Made by a program: the position numbers and the translations under genes. DNA of 64,000 bases. Origin: an uncultured delta proteobacterium (lineage in GTDB: Bacteria; Desulfobacterota; Binatia; UBA9968). The stretch covers positions 32,001 to 96,000 of the forward strand of contig CAWFJP010000015.1 of the NCBI GenBank assembly GCA_963816145.1, read 5' to 3'. Below, piece after piece: positions 8,821-18,852 of the stretch; position 1 is the first letter of the stretch; each line of letters begins with the position of its first letter. The notes below the pieces were generated by a model that worked only from the letters and a program-made list of their open reading frames with translations, was not told the origin of the DNA and made no database searches.

Positions 8821-9531
8821 ATGAGCGGCAACGACATCATCTTCGAACAGATTCGCTCTAGCGGCTGCCTATCCTACGTGTTGGGCTGCGCCCAGGAAAA
8901 GCTTTGTGTGGTCGTCGATCCCGAGATCGACAAAACCGATGACTACGCAGGTTTGGTCGATTTTTTCGGCGCAGAACTGCTCTATGTCGTCGACACGCAT
9001 ACCCATGCGGACCATAATTCCGCCTGCAAACTCATGCGCGAGCGCTACGGTGTCAAGGTGGTCATGCATCGCGCCACCGATGCGCCCTATGTCGATATCA
9101 GGGTTGAAGACGGTGAGGAAATTCGCTTCGGCAAGCAGACGCTCAAGGTGATCTACACGCCCGGCCATACGCAAGATTCCATGTGTCTGCTATTCAACGA
9201 CCGGGTTTTCACCGGCGACACCTTGCTCATCGGCGGCTGCGGCCGCACCGACCTGCCCGGCGGCAGCGCCGAGCAACAATGGGACAGCCTGCGCCGCTTG
9301 CAGGCGCTGGCGAACGAGCTCCGCGTCTATCCCGGCCACGACTACCGCGAAGCGGTATCGACCCTGGGTGATGAAAAACAAAAAAACCCACGATTGACCA
9401 TCGCCTCACGCGACGAATTCATCCAATTCATGACCTCGCGAAAACCGCCCCTACCGCGCAAAATCCAGGAAGCCTTGGAGTGGAATCGCACGCCGATCTA
9501 CCGGCAACGCGGTTTGGGCGAGGGGATTTGA
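8821..9531 (+). CDS. MBL-fold hydrolase, persulfide dioxygenase (ETHE1/Blh)-like
   Basis: DTHTHADHNS, TPGHT, FTGDTLLIGGCGRTD, VYPGHDY, EKQKNPRL, P.P.KI..AL..N. Confidence 0.85.
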   Translation: MSGNDIIFEQIRSSGCLSYVLGCAQEKLCVVVDPEIDKTDDYAGLVDFFGAELLYVVDTHTHADHNSACKLMRERYGVKVVMHRATDAPYVDIRVEDGEEIRFGKQTLKVIYTPGHTQDSMCLLFNDRVFTGDTLLIGGCGRTDLPGGSAEQQWDSLRRLQALANELRVYPGHDYREAVSTLGDEKQKNPRLTIASRDEFIQFMTSRKPPLPRKIQEALEWNRTPIYRQRGLGEGI

Positions 9532-9532
9532 A

Positions 9533-9620
9533 GAATTCCAAATTCCAAATTTCAGATTCAAAATCGGACGCCCGTGATTTCGTATTTACTATTGCCTGCT
9601 ACCTAATGCCTCTTGCCTAG
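9533..9620. repeat. Two degenerate 7-bp tandem repeat tracts
   Basis: gaattcc aaattcc aaatttc agattca; tgcctgc tacctaa tgcctct tgcctag. Confidence 0.6.
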
Positions 9621-9657
9621 TCTTTCGCTTCATTGACTCCATAACCGGTGTCGTGTT

Positions 9658-11538
9658 TTGCTTGACCTTGTGAAACTAGAGCATTCAACAACACAATCTT
9701 CGAATAGTGCCATCCTCGATACCCTGCGGCGCTATTGGGGCTACAATGAGCTGCGGCCGCTGCAGGAGCAGGCGATCCGCGCTGAATTGGATCACCGCGA
9801 CTCTTTGGTCGTTATGCCCACCGGCGGCGGCAAGTCGCTGTGCTACCAGATTCCCGCGGCCGTGGCCAAGCGTACCGACATTGTCATCTCGCCGCTGATC
9901 TCGCTGATGAAAGATCAGGTCGACGGCCTGCGCGAGTGCGGCTATCCGGCCGGCGCGCTTTACAGCGGCATGCCCGCCCACGCGGTGCATGACACCGAAG
10001 CGCAATTCCTCGCCGGCCGCTATCAATTGCTCTTCGTCGCGCCGGAACGCTTGCTCATGCCGCATTTCTTGCAGTTGGCCGAGAAGATCAAGATTCATGC
10101 TTTCGCCATCGACGAGGCCCATTGCATCAGCCATTGGGGCCATGATTTTCGCCCGGAGTATCGCCGTCTGGCGGAACTAAAAAAACATTTTCCCAAAGCC
10201 AGTCTCCACGCCTACACCGCCACCGCAACGGAGCGAGTGCGCCTCGACATCGCCCAGCAGTTGAAGCTGCATAATCCCGAACTGCTGGTCGGCACTTTCG
10301 ACCGGCCCAACCTGGTCTATCGCATTGTGCCGCGCGTCGACGCCCGCGGTCAGGTGTTGGAAATATTGAAGCGCCACCGCAATCAAGCGGCGATCGTTTA
10401 TTGCATCAGCCGCAACGACACCGAATCGATGGCCAAGTTTCTCCAAACCAACAACATCCGCGCGGCCTTCTATCACGCCGGCATGGAGCCCGATCAACGG
10501 CGACGCACCCAGGAAGAGTTCACGTCGGAAGCGCTCGACGTGGTCGCTGCGACGGTCGCCTTCGGCATGGGCATCGATCGCAGTGACGTGCGCTGCGTTA
10601 TCCATGCCGCCATGCCGAAATCCATCGAGCACTACCAGCAGGAGACCGGCCGCGCCGGGCGCGACGGCTTGGAAGCCGAATGCGTGCTGCTCTACTCTGC
10701 CGCCGACGCCATGCGCTGGGATTCGCTCATCACCCGCAACGCCAGCGACGCCGAGACTGCGCCGGAAACTATAGCCGCCTCACGCCAGTTGCTCGATCAC
10801 ATGCGCCAGTTATGCAGTGGGATCCACTGCCGGCACAGAAAATTGTCGGAATACTTCGGCCAGCCCTATCCCAAGCAAAATTGCGAAGCCTGCGATGTCT
10901 GTCTCAGCGAAGTTGAGGGATTGGCCGACGGCACCGTGACGGCGCAAAAAATCCTTTCCTGCGTCGCCCGCGTCGGCGAGCGCTTTGGTGCCGCGCACAT
11001 CGTCGACGTCCTCGCTGGCGCCGACACCGAACGGGTGCGCCGCTGGGGCCACGACAAACTCAGCACCCACGGCCTGATGAAAGACACTGATCGCAAGAGC
11101 CTGACTAACATGGTGTACCAACTCATCGATAACGGCCTGTTAGAACGGACGGACGAAGAGTATCCCGTGCTGCGCCTGAACGACGCCTCGCGTGAAGTCC
11201 TAAAAGGTCAACGCAGCGTTCAGCTCGTCGAACCGAAGATTAAAGTGAAAGTGAAAAAGACCCGCTTCGACGAAAAGTCGTGGGAAAACGTCGACGAGGG
11301 ATTGTTCGAAGCGCTGCGAAGCTTGCGCAGAAAACTCGCCGACCAACGCGGCGTGCCCGCCTACGTCCTATTCAACGACGCCACCCTGCGCGACATGGCG
11401 CGCACCCGGCCAGGGTCCCTTGGTTCCTTACTGAACATCCGCGGTGTCGGTGAAAAGAAGCTTGCCGATCTCGGTGACCCGTTTCTTGAAGCGATATCGA
11501 ACTACTGCCGGGAAAAGCGATTGGAGTTGGATCTGTGA
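9658..11538 (+). CDS. recQ: ATP-dependent DNA helicase RecQ
   Basis: MPTGGGKSLCYQ, DEAHCISHWGHDFRPEY, ATVAFGMGID, QETGRAGRDG, Zn motif C..CDVC, RQC and HRDC domains. Start approximate. Confidence 0.97.
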   Translation: MLDLVKLEHSTTQSSNSAILDTLRRYWGYNELRPLQEQAIRAELDHRDSLVVMPTGGGKSLCYQIPAAVAKRTDIVISPLISLMKDQVDGLRECGYPAGALYSGMPAHAVHDTEAQFLAGRYQLLFVAPERLLMPHFLQLAEKIKIHAFAIDEAHCISHWGHDFRPEYRRLAELKKHFPKASLHAYTATATERVRLDIAQQLKLHNPELLVGTFDRPNLVYRIVPRVDARGQVLEILKRHRNQAAIVYCISRNDTESMAKFLQTNNIRAAFYHAGMEPDQRRRTQEEFTSEALDVVAATVAFGMGIDRSDVRCVIHAAMPKSIEHYQQETGRAGRDGLEAECVLLYSAADAMRWDSLITRNASDAETAPETIAASRQLLDHMRQLCSGIHCRHRKLSEYFGQPYPKQNCEACDVCLSEVEGLADGTVTAQKILSCVARVGERFGAAHIVDVLAGADTERVRRWGHDKLSTHGLMKDTDRKSLTNMVYQLIDNGLLERTDEEYPVLRLNDASREVLKGQRSVQLVEPKIKVKVKKTRFDEKSWENVDEGLFEALRSLRRKLADQRGVPAYVLFNDATLRDMARTRPGSLGSLLNIRGVGEKKLADLGDPFLEAISNYCREKRLELDL

Positions 11539-11676
11539 GTTGTGAAAGAACCGCAAGTGGGCGAAATGACCGACCCCTGCCTAACATGACGATAAGTTAT
11601 GCGTACAAAACACGCACCTAAGCTCAGCCCCCAAAGCATATGCGATACGCCCCTTGTCGGATTTCCTCCTGGATAT

Positions 11677-11708
11677 TTTATGTGCCCTCTGCGTTCGTTG
11701 CGGCCAAA
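11677..11708 (-). repeat. GGCCGCAA-type 9-bp-periodic repeat next to a degenerate GTAG-like REP (11635-11654)
   Basis: Minus strand tggccgcaacgaacgcagagggcacataaa; related copy at 44409-44441. Confidence 0.55.
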
Positions 11709-11722
11709 CTTCCGAATCCTGC

Positions 11723-14551
11723 TTATCCTTCATCCTTCTTGAAATAGTACGCTTCCGGCGCCGGTTTGTACGAGCGCGGCAGCCAGAGCGGACGGCGCAG
11801 ATTGTTCGGTCCCGGAGCCGGGCGGGTCTTGAGCATCCACTTCTTGTACACCTCATGCGACTTGTTGGTGTCGACGAAGACGTCCCCGTACTTGTCGTCG
11901 GGACCTGGTTTCGTCACCCGTACCTTTTGATGCCAGCAGTGCTGGCCGCTGATAAAATCGGGCTGCACCGGGAAAGTTAAATTCTGATGGACGCCGCCGT
12001 CCTGCCAAAAGATGCGTGAGGAATCGGGATCGCCGCTTTTGAACGGCTGGATGCCGTGGATCGTCCGCATCATCCATTTGCCCTCGCCCATTTGCTTCAA
12101 GTCGACCAGCGCCGTCGACCACCGCTCTCCGCCTTGATCCTCTGCCAAACGCCAGCGGCCGAGATGATGCGAGCAGGCGATGACGCCGGGCTTGATCCCT
12201 TCGGTGACCCAAACCTTATCGATGAAATAGCCAATCTCGGTGTGGACTTTCAAAAGGTCGCCGGTTTTGACGTCGAAGTTCTGCGCGTCCGTGGAATTTA
12301 ACCAGAGCGGGTTGCGATTGGAAATCTCATAGAGCCACTTGGCATTACCCGAACGCGTATGGATCAACGTCGGCAAACGGAAAGTCGGCAGGAGCAACAT
12401 CTCGCCGGCATTAATGTCGATATTGTCGGGATGGACATGGCTCTTAATGTAACCGGGGATGGCATGCTCGGGCCACTTCCAATCCTTGATCGTCTTAGAA
12501 AAGAATTCCAACTTGCGCGACGGCGTCGGAAAGCCGACCACAGCCTTGCCGTCGATTTCGACGCCCAGCGCCGCGCCATTTTTGGCGACGATTTTGGTCG
12601 TTGCATCGACCGTCGAGTCGGCGAGATCGGCGCTCTTTACCGTAGCTTCGTGGACTTTGTAAACGTTGTCTTCGATCAAAAACGCGCCGTACTTGCGCAT
12701 GTATTCGAGCGGGGTTAATCCTTGCTTGCCTGCCGCTTCCGGGAGTCCCGGCACGCTATTCTCGAACATCCAGCGATAGTAATCGTCCACCGTCATCTTT
12801 TTGCCGGGCTCGTAGGGCGATTCGAAATACTTGCGAATGCCCATGGAACCGTCGGGATCGACGCGCCAGGACAGCTCGATCCAAAATTCGTCTTCTTCCC
12901 ACACCTGGCCGATGCCGGCGGCTTCATGGGCTTCGTAGGTGGTGTTGAATTTCTTGCCCTGCTTTTCCAAAGCGACGCGCAGAACCGGCTGGCGGAAGCC
13001 GATCCAGCGCGCCGCCTGGGTCTCCTGGCTCATCACATCATGGCGCTCGGAACCATGACCCATCGGCAGAACGTAATCGGCAAACCACGCGGTCTCGCTC
13101 CAAGTCGGGGTTAGACAAGCATGACGTTCGATTTTGCTCTCGTCGGACAGCATCTCGATCCAGCTCATGCCGTCCGGGTTGGTCCACACCGGGTTGTAGA
13201 CGCGGGTAAAGTACATCGCCAATTTGCCGCGCCCTTCTTTGATGAAGTGCGGCAAGAGAAAACTCATCTCGAAAAACGCCAGCGGAAACTCTTTCGGAAT
13301 CAGCAGCTCATTCCACACCTTCGATGGCGGCGGCATCAACGGCGGCGCTGGAATGAACTTATTCGCCGCATTGGGCGCGGTGCCGCCAACGGTGCCGACG
13401 GCGCCGACCAGGACGCTGAGAAATTGCAGAGCCCGGGCGACTTGCCAGCCGCCGAGGTTGCCGGCCGCGGTGTTGCGCCAAACATGAGCGGCAAACGCCG
13501 AACCCGCTTTAGCGACCTCGTGAGCCACTGCGACGATCACACCCGGCTCGATGCCGGCCTCTTTGGCGGCGAATTCAGGGGTGTACTGGGCATAGACTTC
13601 TTTGAGCACGGCAACGAAGCTGGCAAAACTTACCTGCTTGTCCGGATGTTCTTCGCGCAAATATTCTTCCCAATTGACCCAGTGACGCACGAACTCGCGG
13701 TCGAACAGATCCTCTTGCAGGAGCACATTGCACATCGCCAGGAGCACGGCCGACTCGCTGCCGGGCCAGGTCGACATCCAATAGTCCGCCTTCGACGCGG
13801 TGTTGGAGAGCCGCGTGTCGATGACGCAAATCTTGGTGCCGGCTTCTTTGGCTTCGATAATCCGCTGGGCGTGAGGATTGAAATAGTGACCGGTCTCCAG
13901 GTGCGAGCTCAAGAGCAAAATAAAGCGCGCATTGGCATGATCGGGCGACGGCCGGTCGATGCCGGACCAGAAAGCGTAACCCGCGCGGGCGCCGGCCGAG
14001 CAAACATTAGTGTGGCTGTTATGACCGTCGATGCCCCAGGAATGCAGAATGCGTTGATGATAGAGCAGCTCGTGGCCAGGACGGCCGACATGGTACATGA
14101 TTTCGTTGCGCCGCTCTTCGTGGAGCGCCTTGCGAACCCGTCCGGCGATGTCGTCCAGCACTTCATCCCAACTGACCCGCTCCCATTTACCTTCGCCGCG
14201 TTTGCCGACCCGCTTTAGCGGATAGCGGATGCGTTCCGGATCGGTCACTTGATTGAGCGTCGCAGGCCCTTTGGCGCAATTGCGGCCGCGGCTGCCGGGA
14301 TGTTCGGGATTGCCTTCGAAGCGGCGGATCTTGTTGGTGTCCATCTCGACGACCGCGACCAGCCCGCAAGCCGCTTCGCAGTTGAAACAAATCGTCGGAA
14401 TGATCCGGCAATGCTTCTCGACCTTGCGCGGCCATTGCGCCGTGTCGTACTCAACCCAATCGTCCCATTTTTCAATTGGCGGGTAATTGACCAAGCCGTT
14501 GGGCTCCAACTTTAAGGCATCAGGATTAAGCGGCACGCGCGGTTCATTCAT
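11723..14551 (-). CDS. Mo/W-bisPGD oxidoreductase catalytic subunit (DMSO reductase superfamily, Psr/Phs-like)
   Basis: FS0 motif CFNCEAAC...NCAKG, RIRYPLKRVGKRGEGKWERVSWDE, probable Cys ligand in HTNVCS, ADYVLP, C-terminal molybdopterin-dinucleotide domain; no Tat motif. Confidence 0.93.
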   Translation of the reverse strand: MNEPRVPLNPDALKLEPNGLVNYPPIEKWDDWVEYDTAQWPRKVEKHCRIIPTICFNCEAACGLVAVVEMDTNKIRRFEGNPEHPGSRGRNCAKGPATLNQVTDPERIRYPLKRVGKRGEGKWERVSWDEVLDDIAGRVRKALHEERRNEIMYHVGRPGHELLYHQRILHSWGIDGHNSHTNVCSAGARAGYAFWSGIDRPSPDHANARFILLLSSHLETGHYFNPHAQRIIEAKEAGTKICVIDTRLSNTASKADYWMSTWPGSESAVLLAMCNVLLQEDLFDREFVRHWVNWEEYLREEHPDKQVSFASFVAVLKEVYAQYTPEFAAKEAGIEPGVIVAVAHEVAKAGSAFAAHVWRNTAAGNLGGWQVARALQFLSVLVGAVGTVGGTAPNAANKFIPAPPLMPPPSKVWNELLIPKEFPLAFFEMSFLLPHFIKEGRGKLAMYFTRVYNPVWTNPDGMSWIEMLSDESKIERHACLTPTWSETAWFADYVLPMGHGSERHDVMSQETQAARWIGFRQPVLRVALEKQGKKFNTTYEAHEAAGIGQVWEEDEFWIELSWRVDPDGSMGIRKYFESPYEPGKKMTVDDYYRWMFENSVPGLPEAAGKQGLTPLEYMRKYGAFLIEDNVYKVHEATVKSADLADSTVDATTKIVAKNGAALGVEIDGKAVVGFPTPSRKLEFFSKTIKDWKWPEHAIPGYIKSHVHPDNIDINAGEMLLLPTFRLPTLIHTRSGNAKWLYEISNRNPLWLNSTDAQNFDVKTGDLLKVHTEIGYFIDKVWVTEGIKPGVIACSHHLGRWRLAEDQGGERWSTALVDLKQMGEGKWMMRTIHGIQPFKSGDPDSSRIFWQDGGVHQNLTFPVQPDFISGQHCWHQKVRVTKPGPDDKYGDVFVDTNKSHEVYKKWMLKTRPAPGPNNLRRPLWLPRSYKPAPEAYYFKKDEG

Positions 14552-14562
14552 TATTCAAATCC

Positions 14563-14603
14563 TTCTGAATCAGACTTCTGAATTCTGACTGCCGACTTTT
14601 GGT
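14563..14603. repeat. Degenerate 7-bp tandem repeat (TTCTGAM)
   Basis: ttctgaa tcagac ttctgaa ttctgac tgccgac between the two subunit genes. Confidence 0.55.
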
Positions 14604-14608
14604 TACAC

Positions 14609-16132
14609 TCAGCTCAGCGGCACAGCCTGGCCGGCTCTGACCCACAGATGCTCGTACATCCATAGTCCGAAGAGCGCCAGCAACGCAGCAGCGATATTCG
14701 GGATCAATGAACTGATCGGCCAAAGCACCAAGACGATGGGTAGAATCGTGCCGGCAATGACGACGAAGAGCCAAAACGATCTTTTCAGCGGCCCGCGCAC
14801 AAGCATCTCGCCGGCGCGCACGGCGTCTTCTGCGCCATGCTTCATAAACAACTCGCCGAAGATCATTGCCAAGCTCAGACATAGCGAGATCACCAGCAAA
14901 TGGCCGAGCCAGCTGAATAGCGGCAGCGTGACACCGAGCACGCTCCCGATGAGCGTCAACGTCGCCGCGCCGGCGGCGATCGCTTGGATGAGCAAATGCC
15001 AGAACAACAATGGACTTTGCCAAAAATCCCGGCCGCGCGCCTGGGCGAAAAGAAAAGCCGAATAACCCGCCGAGGCGACGGCAAAAGTCGCGGTCGCCCA
15101 GACCAACAAGGGATGGATGCCGTTGCCTGTGAGCATGAGCGCTAGCCATACCGACAAGAGAATGCCGAAGATCGTCAAGACATAACCGCCCAGCACCAGC
15201 CAGGAGTTGAGGTTGGGCTTGGTGAGAATGTAAAAGAAACGGCCGGGCTTTTTCAGATCGAGCACTAATAGCAACATCGTCGCGGCGAGAAAGCTCAACG
15301 AGACGATCGGACCCACCAGACTCAACACACCGGCATCTTGCTCGAAGCCCATGTTCAGAAACAACGCCGACAGCAACAGCACGCCGGCGGAAATCGATTT
15401 GGTCCACAAATAGGACGCGATCTTTTTGCCCCAAGGGGTCTCATGCGGTACGTCATAAACTTCCCGCGCCGCCCCAGGGGTGGATCGCTCGCTGTGCGGC
15501 ACGCGCAGAGCATACAGATCCTCGCCCGGATCTTTGTCGGCCCAGAAATAGTTATCCTGCGGCTCCATCATGGTAGGATTCAGCAGATCGCCGTCAACGC
15601 CGGCATAGAAAAGTTTCGGCTTGGTGCCCTTCTCGGCTTTGCGCACGCTGACTTTCTCCATGGCGATACGCTTGCTGATGGTGCTGTTGGCATCGTCGAG
15701 GTCGCCGGAAAGAATCGCCTGGGTCGGACAGACGACTTCGCAGGCGGGCTTGTAGCCCATCTCGACCCGCGAAGCATCGAAGTTACACTTGGCCGCGGTG
15801 TTGCGATCGGGATCGATGTAGAGCGCGTCGTACGGGCACGCCTGCATGCAGGATTTGCAGCCGATGCAGCGCTCGTTATCGAAGTCGACGATGCCGTCCG
15901 GACGGCGAAACAACGCCACTGTCGGACAGATCTCGATACAAGGCGCATCGTCGCAGTGATTGCAGCGCAGCACCGCGAAATGGCGCCGGGTGTCGGGATA
16001 AACTCCCTTCTCGACATACTTGACCCAAGTACGATTCACGCCCACCGGGATGTTATGTTCTTCTTTACAGGCCACCGTGCAGGCGTGGCAGCCGATGCAG
16101 CGATGCTGATCGATAAGAAATCCGTAGCGCAT
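14609..16132 (-). CDS. Fused 4x[4Fe-4S] subunit plus NrfD/PsrC membrane anchor
   Basis: CIGCHACTVAC, CNHCDDAPCIEICP, CIGCKSCMQACP, KCNFD..PACEVVCP, then about 8 TM helices with WG..IASYLW and DLKKPGRF. Confidence 0.92.
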   Translation of the reverse strand: MRYGFLIDQHRCIGCHACTVACKEEHNIPVGVNRTWVKYVEKGVYPDTRRHFAVLRCNHCDDAPCIEICPTVALFRRPDGIVDFDNERCIGCKSCMQACPYDALYIDPDRNTAAKCNFDASRVEMGYKPACEVVCPTQAILSGDLDDANSTISKRIAMEKVSVRKAEKGTKPKLFYAGVDGDLLNPTMMEPQDNYFWADKDPGEDLYALRVPHSERSTPGAAREVYDVPHETPWGKKIASYLWTKSISAGVLLLSALFLNMGFEQDAGVLSLVGPIVSLSFLAATMLLLVLDLKKPGRFFYILTKPNLNSWLVLGGYVLTIFGILLSVWLALMLTGNGIHPLLVWATATFAVASAGYSAFLFAQARGRDFWQSPLLFWHLLIQAIAAGAATLTLIGSVLGVTLPLFSWLGHLLVISLCLSLAMIFGELFMKHGAEDAVRAGEMLVRGPLKRSFWLFVVIAGTILPIVLVLWPISSLIPNIAAALLALFGLWMYEHLWVRAGQAVPLS

Positions 16133-16248
16133 TACAAACCTTTCCGATCAACTAACTTAACAATCTGATTGCGAAGTTAAAGTTTCGACTCTGATAGCAG
16201 GAATGTTCAGGCTGGGTCAATTGAATGGTGAAGAATTCTTCCGAAAGG

Positions 16249-16332
16249 ATTCACCACAAAGTCGCGAAGCGCACGAAGTTGGGAATATTATTTATCCAAA
16301 CCCTTCGTGTCCTTCGTGCCTTCGTGGTGAAT
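16249..16332. repeat. CACGAAG hairpin element, copy 3
   Basis: attcaccacaaagtcgcgaagcgcacgaagttggga...tccaaacccttcgtgtccttcgtgccttcgtggtgaat. Confidence 0.85.
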
Positions 16333-16343
16333 GGAAATTCGCG

Positions 16344-17792
16344 TTAGACTTTTCGCGTCGAAAATGCCGGCGGGATGATTTGTTCGACGCTGCGGCCGTT
16401 CCAATCGCGCGCCGGCCAAGCATCCCAGGCGCGCTTGGCCCCGGCCTCGGCCTGAGCGAAGAGTTCGTCGTCGTTGATGCGCGTCGAGCGGCCATTGTCG
16501 ACGACCACTTCGCCGTCGACCATTACCATCTCGACATCGGCGCCGCTGCCGTACTCGACCAGTGCGTTGATCGGATCGCGCGTTGGACCGTAACGGGTGG
16601 TGCGCAGATTGACGATCACCAGATCTGCCTTGGTGCCGACTGCGAGCCGGCCCAGATCGGAGCGCCCGAGCGCATCAGCACCGCCGATGGTCGCCGCGTT
16701 GAAGACCGCCGCGGCACGGGCGCCGGACGCTTTGCGATCGACCAGCCGGGAAATCAGCGAGGCGTAGCGCATCTCGGAAACGATATCGAGCGGATAAGTA
16801 TCTGTCCCCAAACCGATGCGCACGCCTGCTTCCAGATAGCGGTCGAACGACTCCATGGCAAACGCCATCTTCGCGCACTTGTGCGGGCAGTGGCCGACGG
16901 TGGCGCCGGTCTCGGCGAGTATCTTCATCTCATCTCCGAGTGGATAATCGACCCGGGAATGACCGCCGGTGATCGCCATATGACCGAGCGTCGTGCGCGG
17001 GCCGAGAATGCCGACATCGGCCAGATACTCAGCCACCGGCTTACGATACTTGTTGAGGATTTCTAGGAACTCGCGAAAGTTGCCGCCGGCATGGATATGC
17101 AGCGGCACGTCCAACTCTTTGGCCGCGGCGACCGACTCTTTCAACAACGACGGCTCGCAGGTTTCCGCCTGGGCCGGATTCAAGATCCCTTGCAAGCGGC
17201 CGTTATGGGCGCCGTGAAACTTCTTGATGAAATCGACGGCGAGTTTGAGCCCTGGCCTGCCCTTGTCCGGCCGCTCTTCATAGTAGTGGCGCCCTTCGGC
17301 GTCGGTGAAAATATCATGGCTGCGAAACGGCGGACTGAAGAACACCCGCCCGCCGGTCTGGCCAACGATGGCGACATAATCGTCAAGAGCGCCCGGACCG
17401 CCACCGGGATCGAGAACCGTTGTCGCGCCGTTTCTTAACGCGCTGTAGAGCGCGTATTTGCGCCCGAGAGCCACCGCCGGCGGCGCTGGTGGTTCGATCT
17501 TTTCCTTCAACGGCGCACCAAAAACGAACCAATTGGCGGCAAGATAATCTTTCTTGGTGATATCGGTAAGGAGATAATCGCCGACGTTGAGCTGGGAATG
17601 AACATGCAGATTGACGAACCCAGGACAAACAAGTTTGCCTCTGGCATCGATCACACGATCCACCGGCTGCGACCTGTCCGCGCCCACCGACTTGATGGCA
17701 TTACCATCGATAACCACCGAACCGTTGGGGATAATTTCATGGCTAGTGCCGGACCAGCCGACGACAACGCCGCCGTCGATGCGAATGCTCAT
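16344..17792 (-). CDS. Amidohydrolase (Atz/Trz chlorohydrolase/deaminase-like)
   Basis: PGFVNLHVH, LHIH, TLGH, GLGTD, ATIGGADALG...G.L..G.KADL. Confidence 0.9.
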   Translation of the reverse strand: MSIRIDGGVVVGWSGTSHEIIPNGSVVIDGNAIKSVGADRSQPVDRVIDARGKLVCPGFVNLHVHSQLNVGDYLLTDITKKDYLAANWFVFGAPLKEKIEPPAPPAVALGRKYALYSALRNGATTVLDPGGGPGALDDYVAIVGQTGGRVFFSPPFRSHDIFTDAEGRHYYEERPDKGRPGLKLAVDFIKKFHGAHNGRLQGILNPAQAETCEPSLLKESVAAAKELDVPLHIHAGGNFREFLEILNKYRKPVAEYLADVGILGPRTTLGHMAITGGHSRVDYPLGDEMKILAETGATVGHCPHKCAKMAFAMESFDRYLEAGVRIGLGTDTYPLDIVSEMRYASLISRLVDRKASGARAAAVFNAATIGGADALGRSDLGRLAVGTKADLVIVNLRTTRYGPTRDPINALVEYGSGADVEMVMVDGEVVVDNGRSTRINDDELFAQAEAGAKRAWDAWPARDWNGRSVEQIIPPAFSTRKV

Positions 17793-17846
17793 ACTGATTC
17801 CTTCTCGGGAGTTTTTACATCCTCCCCCGCTGAGACTGTATCGCCA

Positions 17847-17930
17847 CTGTCATTCCGAGGCGAAGCCGAGGAATCCCTTCTTCGTACGTGGCTGAAAGCA
17901 CGAGATCCCTCGCTGCGGTCGGGATGACAG
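17847..17930. repeat. GTCATTCC-type palindromic REP-like element
   Basis: ctgtcattccgaggcgaagccgaggaatccc ... gagatccctcgctgcggtcgggatgacag. Confidence 0.8.
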
Positions 17931-18014
17931 ATGTGGGACATTTGCGCATTGCGACACAGACTCCCTGGGAGAGTACCAAGGCGAGGCGAATGCACTTATT
18001 GCCGCGCACTCCAT

Positions 18015-18719
18015 CTATAGCGCCGGCGTATCATCTTCCTTGCCGTGCAGTGCATACCAGTAAATATTGTTCATATAACGCCAACGCCGAATGGTGGCGT
18101 CCTCTACCTGCTTGATCGCCGCAGCTTGCAACTCCGGCGTAGTGCAGTATTTCTCGACAATAGCGAAACCCTTCGACCCATGGATTTCGTCAGCGTAAAT
18201 ATGTTCTTCGAAAAAGCGGATATCGCGCGCCTTCGGTTTATGGCCATAATGTTGGTGCAGCGCGGGCACGATTTTTTTGCAAATATCGAGGAACTGCGAC
18301 TCCAAGCCGATGAACATGCCGGCCAACGCGACCGGCCAGGGGCGCTGGTACACCATGCGCCAACCCCAGCATTGCAGCGCATCGGTGCCGCCCAGAACGA
18401 TGGATGACTCGACGCTGTCTCGCTCCACGCCGCAGGCACCGACAAAGTCCTTGAGCATGTCGAGATGGCGATCGTCGGGATTCTCCTCATCGCCGAGATT
18501 CTCGAACAAATAGTTTTTCACGTCGCGCTCTTCGATCTGCGACCCTTGGTAGGCGAGCCAGTTGAGAAACTGCGCAACAAAATGAAAGTGCTGGGTGCAA
18601 TAGAAAGCCATCTGCTCTTTGGTCAGCTTGCCCTGCGCCCAAAGCTCGAAAAACGGATGATTCTTGCTGTGCTTCCGGTCGCGGGCAGCGACCAATCGAT
18701 CGTGAAAAGAGTTGCTCAT
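18015..18719 (-). CDS. Heme-oxygenase-like diiron protein (CADD/PqqC/TenA fold)
   Basis: NHPFF.W..GKLTKEQ, ENLGDEE...H, ESQ, FF.EH..ADE.H; GGAGG RBS. Confidence 0.85.
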   Translation of the reverse strand: MSNSFHDRLVAARDRKHSKNHPFFELWAQGKLTKEQMAFYCTQHFHFVAQFLNWLAYQGSQIEERDVKNYLFENLGDEENPDDRHLDMLKDFVGACGVERDSVESSIVLGGTDALQCWGWRMVYQRPWPVALAGMFIGLESQFLDICKKIVPALHQHYGHKPKARDIRFFEEHIYADEIHGSKGFAIVEKYCTTPELQAAAIKQVEDATIRRWRYMNNIYWYALHGKEDDTPAL

Positions 18720-18852
18720 ATCTCACCTCCAACGAATCCCGGCTGCGAAAAGTCGTCGATCGTCGTTTAGCGCTGCTGGAAATAACGACGCCGGCCGAAT
18801 ATCCGCATGCGATACCCGGCCGGCGTCGACTTTTGACAATTCCTTGCGGGCT

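Noticed and set aside
11723-14551. Selenocysteine formate dehydrogenase or nitrate reductase call
   Set aside because: No in-frame TGA; the ligand region HTNVCS lacks the FDH (C/U)H motif; substrate left unassigned.
18015-18719. pqqC or tenA gene call
   Set aside because: No pqqABDE or thiamine genes nearby; the diiron-type ligand set fits CADD-like proteins better.
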